A stretch of 64,000 nucleotides of DNA from Gemmatimonadota bacterium (GCA_036679605.1 JAZDCZ010000407.1:1-64000), one strand, 5' to 3'; shown: positions 39,486 to 48,966, counted from the stretch's first letter. Made by a program: numbers and translations. The notes: a model not told the origin generated them from the sequence alone.

Positions 39486-40132
39486 GGGCGATAATGCTAG
39501 GATTAGGGGCGTCGGGCACATCTTATTATGCCGCGCTCGCCGACAGGATGGGGTGGATCACCCCCCGACCGCACAAGGGACACATGCCATTCCCCACGCA
39601 CGAGACGAATCGCGGCAGGGAAATCAACGAGAGGCTGGTAGGCGAGTATGGTCACCATGTGTATGACACCGAGGCCTTCGTACCGCTTGCCCCTGATGCC
39701 ATCGCCTCCGAGGCACAGATGTTTGTCGCGGATATGGATGATGAACACGACCGATGGCTCTTCAAAGATCCACGATCCACCCTCACATTTGATGCCATCT
39801 GGCAACAGTTTAGTTGGGACAGGATTATCTGCGTCTACAGGCATCCGGGCGACACCACGGCATCATTGAAGAAACATCATGTTCGCGGTCCGCTGGCAGA
39901 GGATTCGTCATTAAGGACGCTTTGGACGCAGTGGTCGCAGCTAATGCTGCGTATGCCGGATGCTGAGTTTATACGGTTCCCCGGGGACGAGGCTAAACTC
40001 GCAGCTATTCTCGGGTGCGAACTGCCAATTAATACCGGATTCAGGCCGAGTTTGAACCATGGTGTCTCCGCAGCAATACCTAACTGGGCCTCCGTTGCGT
40101 GGGACGCGATGGAAATCCGTCGGGCTACTTAA
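39482..40132 (+). CDS. Sulfotransferase-like protein
   Basis: GASGTS, WLFKDPR, YRHP....SL. Confidence 0.75.
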   Translation: MRAIMLGLGASGTSYYAALADRMGWITPRPHKGHMPFPTHETNRGREINERLVGEYGHHVYDTEAFVPLAPDAIASEAQMFVADMDDEHDRWLFKDPRSTLTFDAIWQQFSWDRIICVYRHPGDTTASLKKHHVRGPLAEDSSLRTLWTQWSQLMLRMPDAEFIRFPGDEAKLAAILGCELPINTGFRPSLNHGVSAAIPNWASVAWDAMEIRRAT

Positions 40133-40781
40133 GGATATCGGTGCATTTCGTGTTTGAAGGATCCGTAATCACAACCCAACTCTGGTTGTTTGGATGTTTC
40201 CAGCCGATGGGTATGCACGTTAGACCGTGTAGTTCGGCGACTTTCTTCATGTAGCTCAGTGTGTATCGTACGCATCCTGGATATGTCCAAGTGTTACCTG
40301 CGTAGTTCTCGGTTCCATTCACAAATGTGGCTGCGAACACTGATGCTGATGTCATGACCTTTCTGGCCTCGCCCAAACATCTCGCGATTTGTGACATTGC
40401 GGCGTGCGAGAAAATTGACTGCGCGACGATAAAATCAAATGTTTGTCCAAACTCGCTCAGAGTGAATTCTGCATCGTTACTGAACTTCGGTCGTTTGAGA
40501 TCAACCATGTCCTGGCCGATCTCGTGCTTTATGCCGTCCTTTATGAGCCAGCCATTCGGTTCCACGCCGAAATACCGATCTGGCATCAAATATGGGATGA
40601 ACAGTCTCCCAGCTCTCAGAGAGCCGCACCCAATGTCGAGAAGGCTGTGATGTTCCCTCAATCCGAGTTTGGTCAGCAGACTGAATTGCATCGCGGACAC
40701 GATGTCGTACGCTTCCGGCCAGCCGACGAACGCCCTGTAGTGTTTTGAACCAGGACGAAGCCCTTTACCACTGCTGCCCAT
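40125..40781 (-). CDS. Class I SAM-dependent methyltransferase
   Basis: HYRAFVG, LLDIGCGSLRAG, FDFIVAQSIFSH; GGAGG RBS. Confidence 0.9.
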   Translation of the reverse strand: MGSSGKGLRPGSKHYRAFVGWPEAYDIVSAMQFSLLTKLGLREHHSLLDIGCGSLRAGRLFIPYLMPDRYFGVEPNGWLIKDGIKHEIGQDMVDLKRPKFSNDAEFTLSEFGQTFDFIVAQSIFSHAAMSQIARCLGEARKVMTSASVFAATFVNGTENYAGNTWTYPGCVRYTLSYMKKVAELHGLTCIPIGWKHPNNQSWVVITDPSNTKCTDILK

Positions 40782-40820
40782 AGTTGAACCTCCAGTATTC
40801 CAGCGGACGGAACACTTTAT

Positions 40821-42072
40821 GAAGGCGAGTGGGAATACCACCCCCCCTTGTGGGGGTGGATGAAAACGAGCATCTTCCGCAATCCTTTCGATAGAATAAC
40901 ATGTGAAAATGGTTCGTACAGTATCATTGCGTCCAAACCTTCCGAAGGACAGGTTCCTTCCAATGCTCGAGTCCTGCGTCGAAATCTTCGATGAACACAC
41001 CAGATGGGCGACTGAGAACAGGACATACAGCAAACAAAAAGCTCATGAAGCACTCTATCGCAGCATCCGCGAATCCCGCCCGGAGATCCCGTCCGCCATC
41101 CTCCAAGCGACGAGAGATTGCGCTCTTGAAGCATCCAAAAGATGCAATAAGGGCAACAAAGGCGAATGGAAGACGCCTACGAAAAACACTCTCAGTGTCA
41201 GGTATGACCTGCGCACACTCTCTGTACGCGGCAATCTCCTGACCCTGTCCTGCATCGGCAGGCGGTTCAGGATTGTGCTTGACTGCGGAGATGCTCGCAG
41301 CTCGACGCCTGACACGATGGTTTTGCGCATCCCCGAGCATTTCCGGAATGTCGTCCAAAACTGGAAATGCAAAGCTGCCACGCTGAAATACGACAAGCGC
41401 AATGGGTTCAAGCTTCACCTCAACTACGATATGGAAGCCCCTCCTAAGATCACAGGCCGTGGGTTGGGCATCGATCTCGGCATCAGGAATTTCGCCGTCA
41501 CTTCTGACGGCAAAAGGCACCCCGGTCTGCGGACTGCGAAGCGGCGCTACGGCCACAACAGACGCACATTGCAGGCAAAAGGCACCAAGTCCGCCAAAAG
41601 GCGTTTGCGCGCCGTGGCGGGCAAGGAAATGCGGTTCAGCCGCGATGTGAGAGGCAGACGGCTCAACCGAGAAATCGGTAGTTGGCCATGCCTGTTCCTA
41701 GATTCCGTATGTCCGCATTCAGAGCAGCGCTGACTGGTGTACGCAGGCGGGACAGTCACGACCGTCTTGCCTAGTGCATCGGCCTTGTAGGTCAGACAGA
41801 AAAGGAAGGCAGGATGTGTGGTATTTGTTGTCATTCTGACACCAACGCTGCTAAAAACATCCTTTTTGTGCATGAGACCGATGTTAAGCTCCATGCATCA
41901 GTTCCCTGCTCTCCCGCCTCGCGCCGCAAAGCGCCTTGTGGGCAGGCTGCTGTCAATCAGCCGAAATGCAGGACTTGTTACACGCCGATAGCGTGTGACA
42001 TTTCCAGCATTACGATGCGGCAGGCTTTCAGCTTAGCTGCAAGCCACCGGCCTTGTGCTGGTGGTAATTGAC
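40821..42072 (+). mobile_element. IS200/IS605-family tnpB-only element (copy 2); TAM TTTAT; right end ...GGTAATTGAC
   Basis: Subterminal hairpins at both ends. Removing the element restores a stop codon to the flanking macrodomain gene. Confidence 0.88.
40903..42071 (+). pseudogene. tnpB: Rearranged tnpB (RuvC-II region deleted, Zn-finger segment inverted)
   Basis: GIDLG is present but EDL is absent; YKA...YTSQRC..C reads on the minus strand at about 41687-41807; DTNAAKNI resumes on the plus strand. Confidence 0.85.
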
Positions 42073-42593
42073 TTACCATAGCGGTAGATGGATACATTCG
42101 CCCGCGTTTTCGCGGCGAATCGTTCGATCATCGGCAGATATTTGTCCCAGTTGCCGCCCGCCATGCAGCACCCTATGCCCCAAGGGAACGCCACACTGTG
42201 CAGGCTCGGGATGTGCAACATCTTTAGGAGGCAGTTGGCGAACGCCACGCGTCTTGCTTTGAAGCCGTCCTTCGCGCTCTCCGAAAATTTTGGTTTCCCT
42301 GGGTAGAATTGGGCCAGCATGTTGATGATGAATCGCTTGTCCACGCCGTCGCCGCACATAACTATGTCGCCCAGACATCGGCTCGCTGGTGGTTTGCTAC
42401 CGTACATGCGGTCCGAGTATATGTCCGCCCAAGGGTAGCGGTTGAATATATCGGCCGCCAGCCCTGCGGATTGTGTCGTGATGCAGTTGCATTGGTGGCA
42501 GATGTACTTCGCGTCCGTCCCGAACAGGTCGCCGTCGATGATGGTCGGAGTCGTGATGCTACAACCCTTTGCCGAAGAGGGTTTTGATGGCAT
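42033..42593 (-). CDS. Macro domain protein (phage-type ADP-ribose processing); last 12 aa derive from the IS end
   Basis: GDLF, ICHQCNC....AGLA, INM.AQ, AFPWGIGC.MAGGNW. Confidence 0.88.
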   Translation of the reverse strand: MPSKPSSAKGCSITTPTIIDGDLFGTDAKYICHQCNCITTQSAGLAADIFNRYPWADIYSDRMYGSKPPASRCLGDIVMCGDGVDKRFIINMLAQFYPGKPKFSESAKDGFKARRVAFANCLLKMLHIPSLHSVAFPWGIGCCMAGGNWDKYLPMIERFAAKTRANVSIYRYGKSITTSTRPVACS

Positions 42594-43650
42594 CTAGGAT
42601 GTCGTCCTTCGACTCGACCATGGTCGCGACGCATTTTTCCTCGTCTTCAAGGTATTTCTTAAACGCATTCATGAAGTCGCCGCTTCCGTACGCACTCTTG
42701 ACCTGACTATATGCGACTTGGTTCACGATTGGCAGGAAATGTTCTTTTATGAGTTGGCAGGTCTCCTCGCTGTCGGATTCGCTTGAGTTGTCCCCGTCCG
42801 AGAAATAGAACAAATAGATGTTCCAGTCCTGCGGGTTGAATTTGGTTTGTGTGAGTTCCTTGACGACCTTGAACGCACTGCTAATCTTGGTTCCACCATC
42901 TTCTCGGATGTTGTAGAAGGTGTCTCGATCCACCTCTCCAGCGCGGTAGTCGTGCACCACATACCTGCTCTCGATGCCGTCGTAGTTGCGTCGGAGCCAT
43001 GCGTCGATCCAGAATGCTTGCGTCCGGACGATCTCCTTTTGTTCGTTGCCCATCGAACCGGAAACATCCATCATATATATAGCCACGGCGCAGGACTGCG
43101 GGTTCTGTATGGTTGTCCAACTCCGGTATAACTTGTCGTCTCGCTCTATGACCACTGTGGGGTTGTCTGGATTATAATTTCCCTCGATGATATGGCGTTT
43201 CATCGCTTTCCTGAAGGTGCGTTTGAAGTGCCTCAACGATTCTGGGCCTGTGGGACGCAGTCCGCTGTACTTGGCTTTGTCGTCCGTGATGTTCTTCTTG
43301 CCCTTCGGTTCGATGCGCGGAAGCTGGAGCTCCTCGCCCAATATGTCCGCCAATTCCTCGAGGGTTAAATCCACCTCTAAAATGTGTTGGCCAACATTGG
43401 TGCCGCCTGGTCCCATCCCACCATGCCCATCACCCTGCCCATCGCCCGGCTTCGCTTGCCCGTCACCCACGCCACCACTGTTGTCGCCGTATCGGAAACG
43501 TGGAATCTCGATGGACTTGATCGGTATGGAGATCAGTTTTTTGCCTTGCTGGCCAATCATCTCGCCGCTGGAGATGTGTTTCTTGAGATCTTCCCGAACT
43601 TTGCCTTTGACTATCTCACGGAATCTCTTGTGATCCCTTCGGATTTTCAT
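42559..43650 (-). CDS. DUF444/YhbH/YeaH-family vWA-like protein
   Basis: DHKRFREIVKG, ELQLPRIEPK, MMDVSGSM, GGTKISS, WNIYLFYFSDGDN. Confidence 0.9.
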   Translation of the reverse strand: MKIRRDHKRFREIVKGKVREDLKKHISSGEMIGQQGKKLISIPIKSIEIPRFRYGDNSGGVGDGQAKPGDGQGDGHGGMGPGGTNVGQHILEVDLTLEELADILGEELQLPRIEPKGKKNITDDKAKYSGLRPTGPESLRHFKRTFRKAMKRHIIEGNYNPDNPTVVIERDDKLYRSWTTIQNPQSCAVAIYMMDVSGSMGNEQKEIVRTQAFWIDAWLRRNYDGIESRYVVHDYRAGEVDRDTFYNIREDGGTKISSAFKVVKELTQTKFNPQDWNIYLFYFSDGDNSSESDSEETCQLIKEHFLPIVNQVAYSQVKSAYGSGDFMNAFKKYLEDEEKCVATMVESKDDILDAIKTLFGKGL

Positions 43651-44239
43651 AAAGTGTGAGCGGGGACACCACCGGTCTTGTGCCGGTGGAGGAAAGCGAA
43701 CCCCCGCATTCCTCCTTTCGATAGAATGTTGTGTGAAGATGGTTCGTACAGTGTCATTGCGTCCAGACCTTCCGAAGGGTAGGTTCCTCCCCATGTTGGA
43801 GACTTGTGTCGAAATTTTCGACGAACATACCAAGTGGGCTACCGAGAATCGAACATACAGCAAGCAAAAAGCCCATGAGGGACTCTACCGCAGCATCCGC
43901 GAATCCCAGGCCGATGCACTGGGCAAGACGGTCGCGACCGTCTCCCCCGCGTACACCAGCCAGCGATGCTTCGAGTGCGGACACACGGAGTCCAGGAACA
44001 GACGGGGTTCCAGATTCCTCTGCAGGATGTGCGGTGTTTGTCGTCATTCCGATACCAATGCTGCCAAGAACATCCTTTTCGTGCATGAGACAGATGCCAA
44101 ACTGCATGCGTCAATATCCCGTTCTCCCATCTCGCGCCGCAAAGCGCTCGGTGGGCAGGCTGTCGTCAATCAGCCGACGATGCGGCGGGCCAACACGGCC
44201 TAGCTGCAAACCACTGGCCTCGTGCCGGTGGTAATTGAC
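43651..44239 (+). mobile_element. IS200/IS605-family miniature element (copy 3); TAM TTCAT
   Basis: Same ends as copies 1 and 2; removing it rejoins an RBS to the DUF444 ATG. Confidence 0.88.
43733..44203 (+). pseudogene. tnpB: In-frame internally deleted tnpB (N-terminal ~59 aa fused to Zn finger/RuvC-III)
   Basis: ...YRSIRESQ|ADALGKT...YTSQRC..C...DTNAAKNI. Confidence 0.85.
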
Positions 44240-44287
44240 AAGTTTCTGGCTCCCCTTTAGGTATTGCCCTATGGATTATACGCACGG

Positions 44288-44857
44288 TCATTTTGCCAGT
44301 ATCCTTCTCCATGATTCCGGCGTAGCCCCTCTGACCCTCTTGGCGAACATTGGGGACCATCTTGGCTCGAATGGTTCTCGGATCAGCTTCACGCCAGCCT
44401 GACGCGGAGTGCGACCACCTTTCGATACATTGCACCTGAAGCACGCCGCTACGACATTCTCCCAGACCAGCCTGCCCCCCTGTGATTTGGGTATGATATG
44501 ATCCAAGGACAGCTCCGACTCTGGGAATTTCCTTCCGCAATACTGGCATCGGTGTCCATCCCTTTTGCACACGGTGGATTTGTTCAGGTTGACCCTTGAG
44601 TTGCGAAATTTCTGCACAGCGTTGGTCACAACGATCTCTGGGGCGTCGAAGACCGTGTTGGTTGTGTGAACAGGCCTCCCAGCCGGCGTACCACGATCCA
44701 CCCATTGCTCGAATCCATAAGTTGAGAAGTCCGTAGGATCGACGAAAAGGTGTCCCCGTCCGTAGCACATACAGATGGCTCTGAAGGCAGGGACGACATT
44801 TATCGCCCTCCACGCTTGGTCGAGCACGAGACAGGATTTGTTCAGCCAAGAAGGCAT
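44288..44857 (-). CDS. HNH endonuclease (McrA-like)
   Basis: RDGHRCQYCG, LDHIIPKSQGG..WENVVAACFRCN..K. Confidence 0.92.
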   Translation of the reverse strand: MPSWLNKSCLVLDQAWRAINVVPAFRAICMCYGRGHLFVDPTDFSTYGFEQWVDRGTPAGRPVHTTNTVFDAPEIVVTNAVQKFRNSRVNLNKSTVCKRDGHRCQYCGRKFPESELSLDHIIPKSQGGRLVWENVVAACFRCNVSKGGRTPRQAGVKLIREPFEPRWSPMFAKRVRGATPESWRRILAK

Positions 44858-44911
44858 GGGGTTCTCTCATCAGTCAAACACGAACTAGGACTACAATACA
44901 AACGTCATGCC

Positions 44912-45550
44912 CTATGACGAAGTTATAAGCATGAACGCCATCTTCGCGAATCCGGACATCTCGATCCGGTTCGCTGTCCCGTCGCGGTCATAGAGCGATA
45001 GACATGTCTCCAGCACTGGCCTCCAATAGCGCTTAGTGCTGTCCAGGCACAGCAATTCATTTCGCATTTGCGGATGATCCGCCTTCGGTCGGATGAGAGC
45101 CACCCGCCCGCGGTTCCCTAGAATCTCGATCGCCCTCTTGATGCGCCGTCGGTAACCCCGTATCTCCTCGTTGTTCGGGAAGAAATTCCTGTTCAGTCCC
45201 GCTGGATCCACAGGTTTCGGTATCTCGTCGAGGAAGACGGCGACATGGGTCTTTGGCTGCATGAGCGCGGCCCACATATCTGCCTTGATCCTATCCATGC
45301 CGTCTCTCGCGTACGGCGACACACTGGCCTCCTCTTTGCCGTATCCACCTATCATGTCGAGGATGGATTTTGCTTTTGGCCTCCAAATGCGCCGCGCCAC
45401 GGCCTCGAAATCATCCACCGTGCGTTGGAAGCCCCATGCGGCGCACATGCCCCTCTTGCGAGCCTCTGTCACGAAGAGACTTGCGGTTTTACCGCCTAAC
45501 GCCACAACACTACTGCCCGTCGTCATCGTCATTATCCTTCTCGTATCCAT
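44912..45550 (-). CDS. Hypothetical protein
   Basis: Packed in a minus-strand operon. Confidence 0.55.
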   Translation of the reverse strand: MDTRRIMTMTTGSSVVALGGKTASLFVTEARKRGMCAAWGFQRTVDDFEAVARRIWRPKAKSILDMIGGYGKEEASVSPYARDGMDRIKADMWAALMQPKTHVAVFLDEIPKPVDPAGLNRNFFPNNEEIRGYRRRIKRAIEILGNRGRVALIRPKADHPQMRNELLCLDSTKRYWRPVLETCLSLYDRDGTANRIEMSGFAKMAFMLITSS

Positions 45551-46514
45551 TTGGGTTCTCTGCGTGCCACTCTGCCGCCGACCTGACTATGTCCTCTATG
45601 TCGTATCTCGGCTCCCACCCGAGCTCCGTCTGTATTTTGGTAGGGTCGGCATACAATTCCGGCGGATCGCCCGCCCGCCGCCGCGCAGGATTCACTGTGA
45701 TCTCCGAGTGCATCACCCTCCGCACTATGTCGATGATCTCCTTGACAGAGGTACCCCAACCAGTGCCGACATTGAAGCACCTGAACTCGCCCTCCTTTTG
45801 TGATTCGATGGCCGCGATGTGCGCCGTAGCCAAGTCATCGACATGGATATAATCTCTCACCGCCGAGCCGTCTTTCGTCGGATAATCCACCCCAAACACG
45901 CGCACTCGCTCATTCTGATCCAAGGCAGCTCGTACAACCAGCGGGATGAGATGCACCTCTTCGGGATGTGCCTCGCCCAATTCACCGTTCGCCGACGCGC
46001 CTGCCGCGTTGAAGTACCGCAGCGATGTGCTGCCCAGCCCCCACGCCCGGGAACAGTCGTCTAGTATGCGCTCCACCATGAGTTTGCTGCTTCCGTACGG
46101 CGAGATCGGTAGGCACGGCATCTCCTCTGTTATCGGTGTGGCTAGAGGTATGCCGTAGACGGAACAGGACGAGCTGAACACGATCTTTTTCACGCCGGAC
46201 CACGCCATCGCCCTGAGCAGGTTGAGGGTGTTGCCGACATTCTGCACATAGTAGTTGACTGGGTGTTCCAAGCTTTCGTTTACATTGAGCGCGCCAGCGA
46301 AGTGCATGACCCCGTCAATCTTGGTGCGCATGATGTCATCCAACGCTTCCAGATCGGACAGGTCGGCGACGATCAGCTTTGCCCTTCGATCCACTGCCTT
46401 GGCGTGTCCGGTAGACAAATTGTCGTAGACGACAATATCGTACCTGCGGTCGCATAGCATGCGCACGCAGTGTGAACCCACATAACCCGCCCCGCCAGTA
46501 ACCAGAACCCTCAT
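45510..46514 (-). CDS. galE: UDP-glucose 4-epimerase
   Basis: VLVTGGAGYVGSH, MHFA, FSSS, PYGSSK, LRYFNAAGA, DG..VRDYIHV.DLA, RRAGDP. Confidence 0.95.
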   Translation of the reverse strand: MRVLVTGGAGYVGSHCVRMLCDRRYDIVVYDNLSTGHAKAVDRRAKLIVADLSDLEALDDIMRTKIDGVMHFAGALNVNESLEHPVNYYVQNVGNTLNLLRAMAWSGVKKIVFSSSCSVYGIPLATPITEEMPCLPISPYGSSKLMVERILDDCSRAWGLGSTSLRYFNAAGASANGELGEAHPEEVHLIPLVVRAALDQNERVRVFGVDYPTKDGSAVRDYIHVDDLATAHIAAIESQKEGEFRCFNVGTGWGTSVKEIIDIVRRVMHSEITVNPARRRAGDPPELYADPTKIQTELGWEPRYDIEDIVRSAAEWHAENPNGYEKDNDDDDGQ

Positions 46515-46527
46515 GGACATCCCACCT

Positions 46528-47007
46528 CTACTTGTATTCGGTTCCCCAGTCGAAATCAAAGCAATCCCAAGCGCCCCGTTCCTCGTCCGGCTTTGCCGGA
46601 TTGTATTTCTTAGTCACATGATATAGCAGTAGGGCATTTTTGCCGCCGATCGCGACGCCGCCATGCCACATCCCAGCCGGGATGTGGAGTACGCCCGGTC
46701 TGTGCTCGCCGAGGTACACCGCTTTGCCTGAACCGCTAGGTAGAACAATTTTGATGACGGTTTCGCCGTCCGGTGTCCCATTAGCTAGCCGGAGTTCTGT
46801 GACCATTTGCGAGTCCTCAGTGTTAAACAGCCCGATTTTCATATCTCCCGACAGCGGAATCCAGTAATCGTCTTGTAGGGCATGCCTATGCCACGCTTTC
46901 ACCGCGCCCACATACATGGTCGAAGCATTGAATTGTCCAGGCAGCTCCCCCACATGGTCGAGGAGAGACATAGCCGATCGTCCACGGTCGTCTGAGAACA
47001 CATGCAT
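46528..47007 (-). CDS. RmlC-like cupin (dTDP-sugar 3,5-epimerase family)
   Basis: DDRG, VKAWHRH, HIPAGMWHG. Confidence 0.85.
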   Translation of the reverse strand: MHVFSDDRGRSAMSLLDHVGELPGQFNASTMYVGAVKAWHRHALQDDYWIPLSGDMKIGLFNTEDSQMVTELRLANGTPDGETVIKIVLPSGSGKAVYLGEHRPGVLHIPAGMWHGGVAIGGKNALLLYHVTKKYNPAKPDEERGAWDCFDFDWGTEYK

Positions 47008-47050
47008 TGTTTACACCCCCTTCGTATGATTCTAGCCGCTAGAACCAATC

Positions 47051-47659
47051 ATGAGAGCGTTTTGGATTTGGATTGCGATATGCGCACTGAATTTCGTGGC
47101 GGTCGGACTCTTCGACGCGGTCACACAGCCGACGGGTGTATATTATCTCGATTTCACTGGCGGCGCGGTTCGGCTGAACACAATGTATCCTCTTGGGACA
47201 TCGGCGGATCTTCGTGTGCCGCCGTTTGGAGGCAGAACTCAAGCGGTACTCAAGGCCGTCAGGGCCGACTTTGCCCGTTGGCCCGACATCCGGATTGAGA
47301 TCGGCGAGTCACACGACCATTGCGACGGCAATGTCGTGTTTGTGGGCGATTTGAAAGCCACGGGCGGATTGCTTGGCATAGCTGCGGAAGTAGATACAGG
47401 CGATATCTCACATGATGACAGGGCGGTCGTGTTCGCGGCCAGCATTGTATCTAGTCCGTACGGTCTGACGGATGATGAAAAACTTCAAGCTGTGGCCAAT
47501 GTGGTCAGCCATGAGATTGGGCATCTACTCGGCTTCAGTCATGTCGGGTTCAAGGATGATATTATGGTGCAGGGTTTTTTCAAGGTCGATCAGGCTTTTC
47601 TTCTCCACCAACAGTCGTATGTCGATAGGAGATCCCTTTGGCTGGCATGTACGAGATAG
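47051..47659 (+). CDS. Secreted matrixin-like metalloprotease
   Basis: Signal/TM segment; HEIGHLLGFSH..DIM. Confidence 0.8.
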   Translation: MRAFWIWIAICALNFVAVGLFDAVTQPTGVYYLDFTGGAVRLNTMYPLGTSADLRVPPFGGRTQAVLKAVRADFARWPDIRIEIGESHDHCDGNVVFVGDLKATGGLLGIAAEVDTGDISHDDRAVVFAASIVSSPYGLTDDEKLQAVANVVSHEIGHLLGFSHVGFKDDIMVQGFFKVDQAFLLHQQSYVDRRSLWLACTR

Positions 47660-48375
47660 TCAGGCGGCGATACGCTGGTCAAATGGTGGACTTGATCCGC
47701 ATATCTGCGGATGTCTGGAGAGAGGCTCTGAAGGAGGACAAGTCTAGGCAAGGGTGGCACGGCCCGAAGCGTAAGACTAACCACTGGCTGGGGAAGCAGG
47801 AGCAGGTACTCGGGAACGGCGCGGAGATAATGGCTCGGATGTACCTTGAATCTCTGGGTGTCCGTGATTGGAGAGCCGCTCCTCTCTTCAACGATAAGTT
47901 CCACAAGCCACTGGAGCAGGGTGGATCTCCGGATTGGGACTTGGAGTTCCTTCCGCACGATGGAGAGGATTTTCCCATCGATGTAAAGGCTACCGGATGC
48001 GGACCACGGCCAAAGTGGGTTATGCGCGTCAAAGAGGAGGAATACAAACCACATCCGCGCCTCGTGTTTTTCGCCACATTGATGATCTCATTGCGCGACC
48101 CGACGCTCGGCGTGCAGGGCTGTGGTTACATACGGAGATTGCCTGGATACATGCTTCCGTTCCATTACATTGAGAACAAGTTTGTCGAGACCGTTCCGCC
48201 TGTCCCGGTGGAGGAACCGTTCGCGCCGCACAAGGCATGTCGCGTATTCCCGTTCCCTGGCTTCGTCCATTCCGCGATGGTCACCGGAAAGACAACCCTT
48301 GGTCCCCCGCTGAAGCTGCTCACTAAAAAATCCTTGCTTCGCATGTTTGGGAGGTCTATAATCAGACAGTCATGA
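47647..48375 (+). CDS. Hypothetical protein, possible PD-(D/E)xK nuclease
   Basis: G..AE...D...IDVK pattern. Confidence 0.5.
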   Translation: MYEIVRRRYAGQMVDLIRISADVWREALKEDKSRQGWHGPKRKTNHWLGKQEQVLGNGAEIMARMYLESLGVRDWRAAPLFNDKFHKPLEQGGSPDWDLEFLPHDGEDFPIDVKATGCGPRPKWVMRVKEEEYKPHPRLVFFATLMISLRDPTLGVQGCGYIRRLPGYMLPFHYIENKFVETVPPVPVEEPFAPHKACRVFPFPGFVHSAMVTGKTTLGPPLKLLTKKSLLRMFGRSIIRQS

Positions 48376-48384
48376 TGCACCGCC

Positions 48385-48966
48385 ATGAAAGGTAACCAGA
48401 GCAGACAACCAGAACCCTCCCACCGGGTGAATGAGCGCATACGGGTTTCCCCCGTCATGCTCATCGCCTCCGATGGGAATAAATTAGGCGTCACCTCGAC
48501 CTCGACGGCTATGGAAATGGCTAGGGATGAGGGTCTGGATCTCGTCGAGATTGTCCCCACCGCCCGACCGCCCGTGTGCCGGATAATGGATTTTGGTAAG
48601 TTTCGGTATGACAAGGGCAAATCCAAGAAGTCCCAGAAGAAACAAGCACAGCTCAAAGAGGTACGGCTGAGGCCGAAGACAGATGTGGCCGACAAGGCTA
48701 GGGTGGTGGGCAAGGCTAGGAAATTCCTTGTGGCGGGTCATCCGGTTCAGTTCACCATGCTGTTCCGTGGTAGGGAAAACGCATTCAAGGCTGATGGCAT
48801 GCGGGCGATGTCTGATATCGCCGCCACTTTGGACGATGTCGGACAGCTAGACAGGCCTCCGACCCCCGCTGGTCGCAGAGCCACGATGGTTATATCGCCG
48901 CGCAAACAGACGAAATCGCCCGTGATCCGGAAAAACCCGCCTGCTTCTCCCCAAGAGTCGCAATAG
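48385..48966 (+). CDS. infC: Translation initiation factor IF-3
   Basis: RVNERIR, GLDLVEIVP.ARPPVCRIMDFGKFRY, LKEVRLRP, FRGRE. Confidence 0.95.
   Translation: MKGNQSRQPEPSHRVNERIRVSPVMLIASDGNKLGVTSTSTAMEMARDEGLDLVEIVPTARPPVCRIMDFGKFRYDKGKSKKSQKKQAQLKEVRLRPKTDVADKARVVGKARKFLVAGHPVQFTMLFRGRENAFKADGMRAMSDIAATLDDVGQLDRPPTPAGRRATMVISPRKQTKSPVIRKNPPASPQESQ

Noticed and set aside
40809..40823. TTCATAAAGTGT on the minus strand, resembling the left end of IS copy 3
   Set aside because: It is formed across the TAM/left-end junction and is not followed by the subterminal hairpin; probably coincidence.
40821..44239. IStron (group I intron-IS fusion) explanation for insertions at gene boundaries
   Set aside because: Only ~80 nt lie between the left end and the tnpB start, leaving no room for a group I core.
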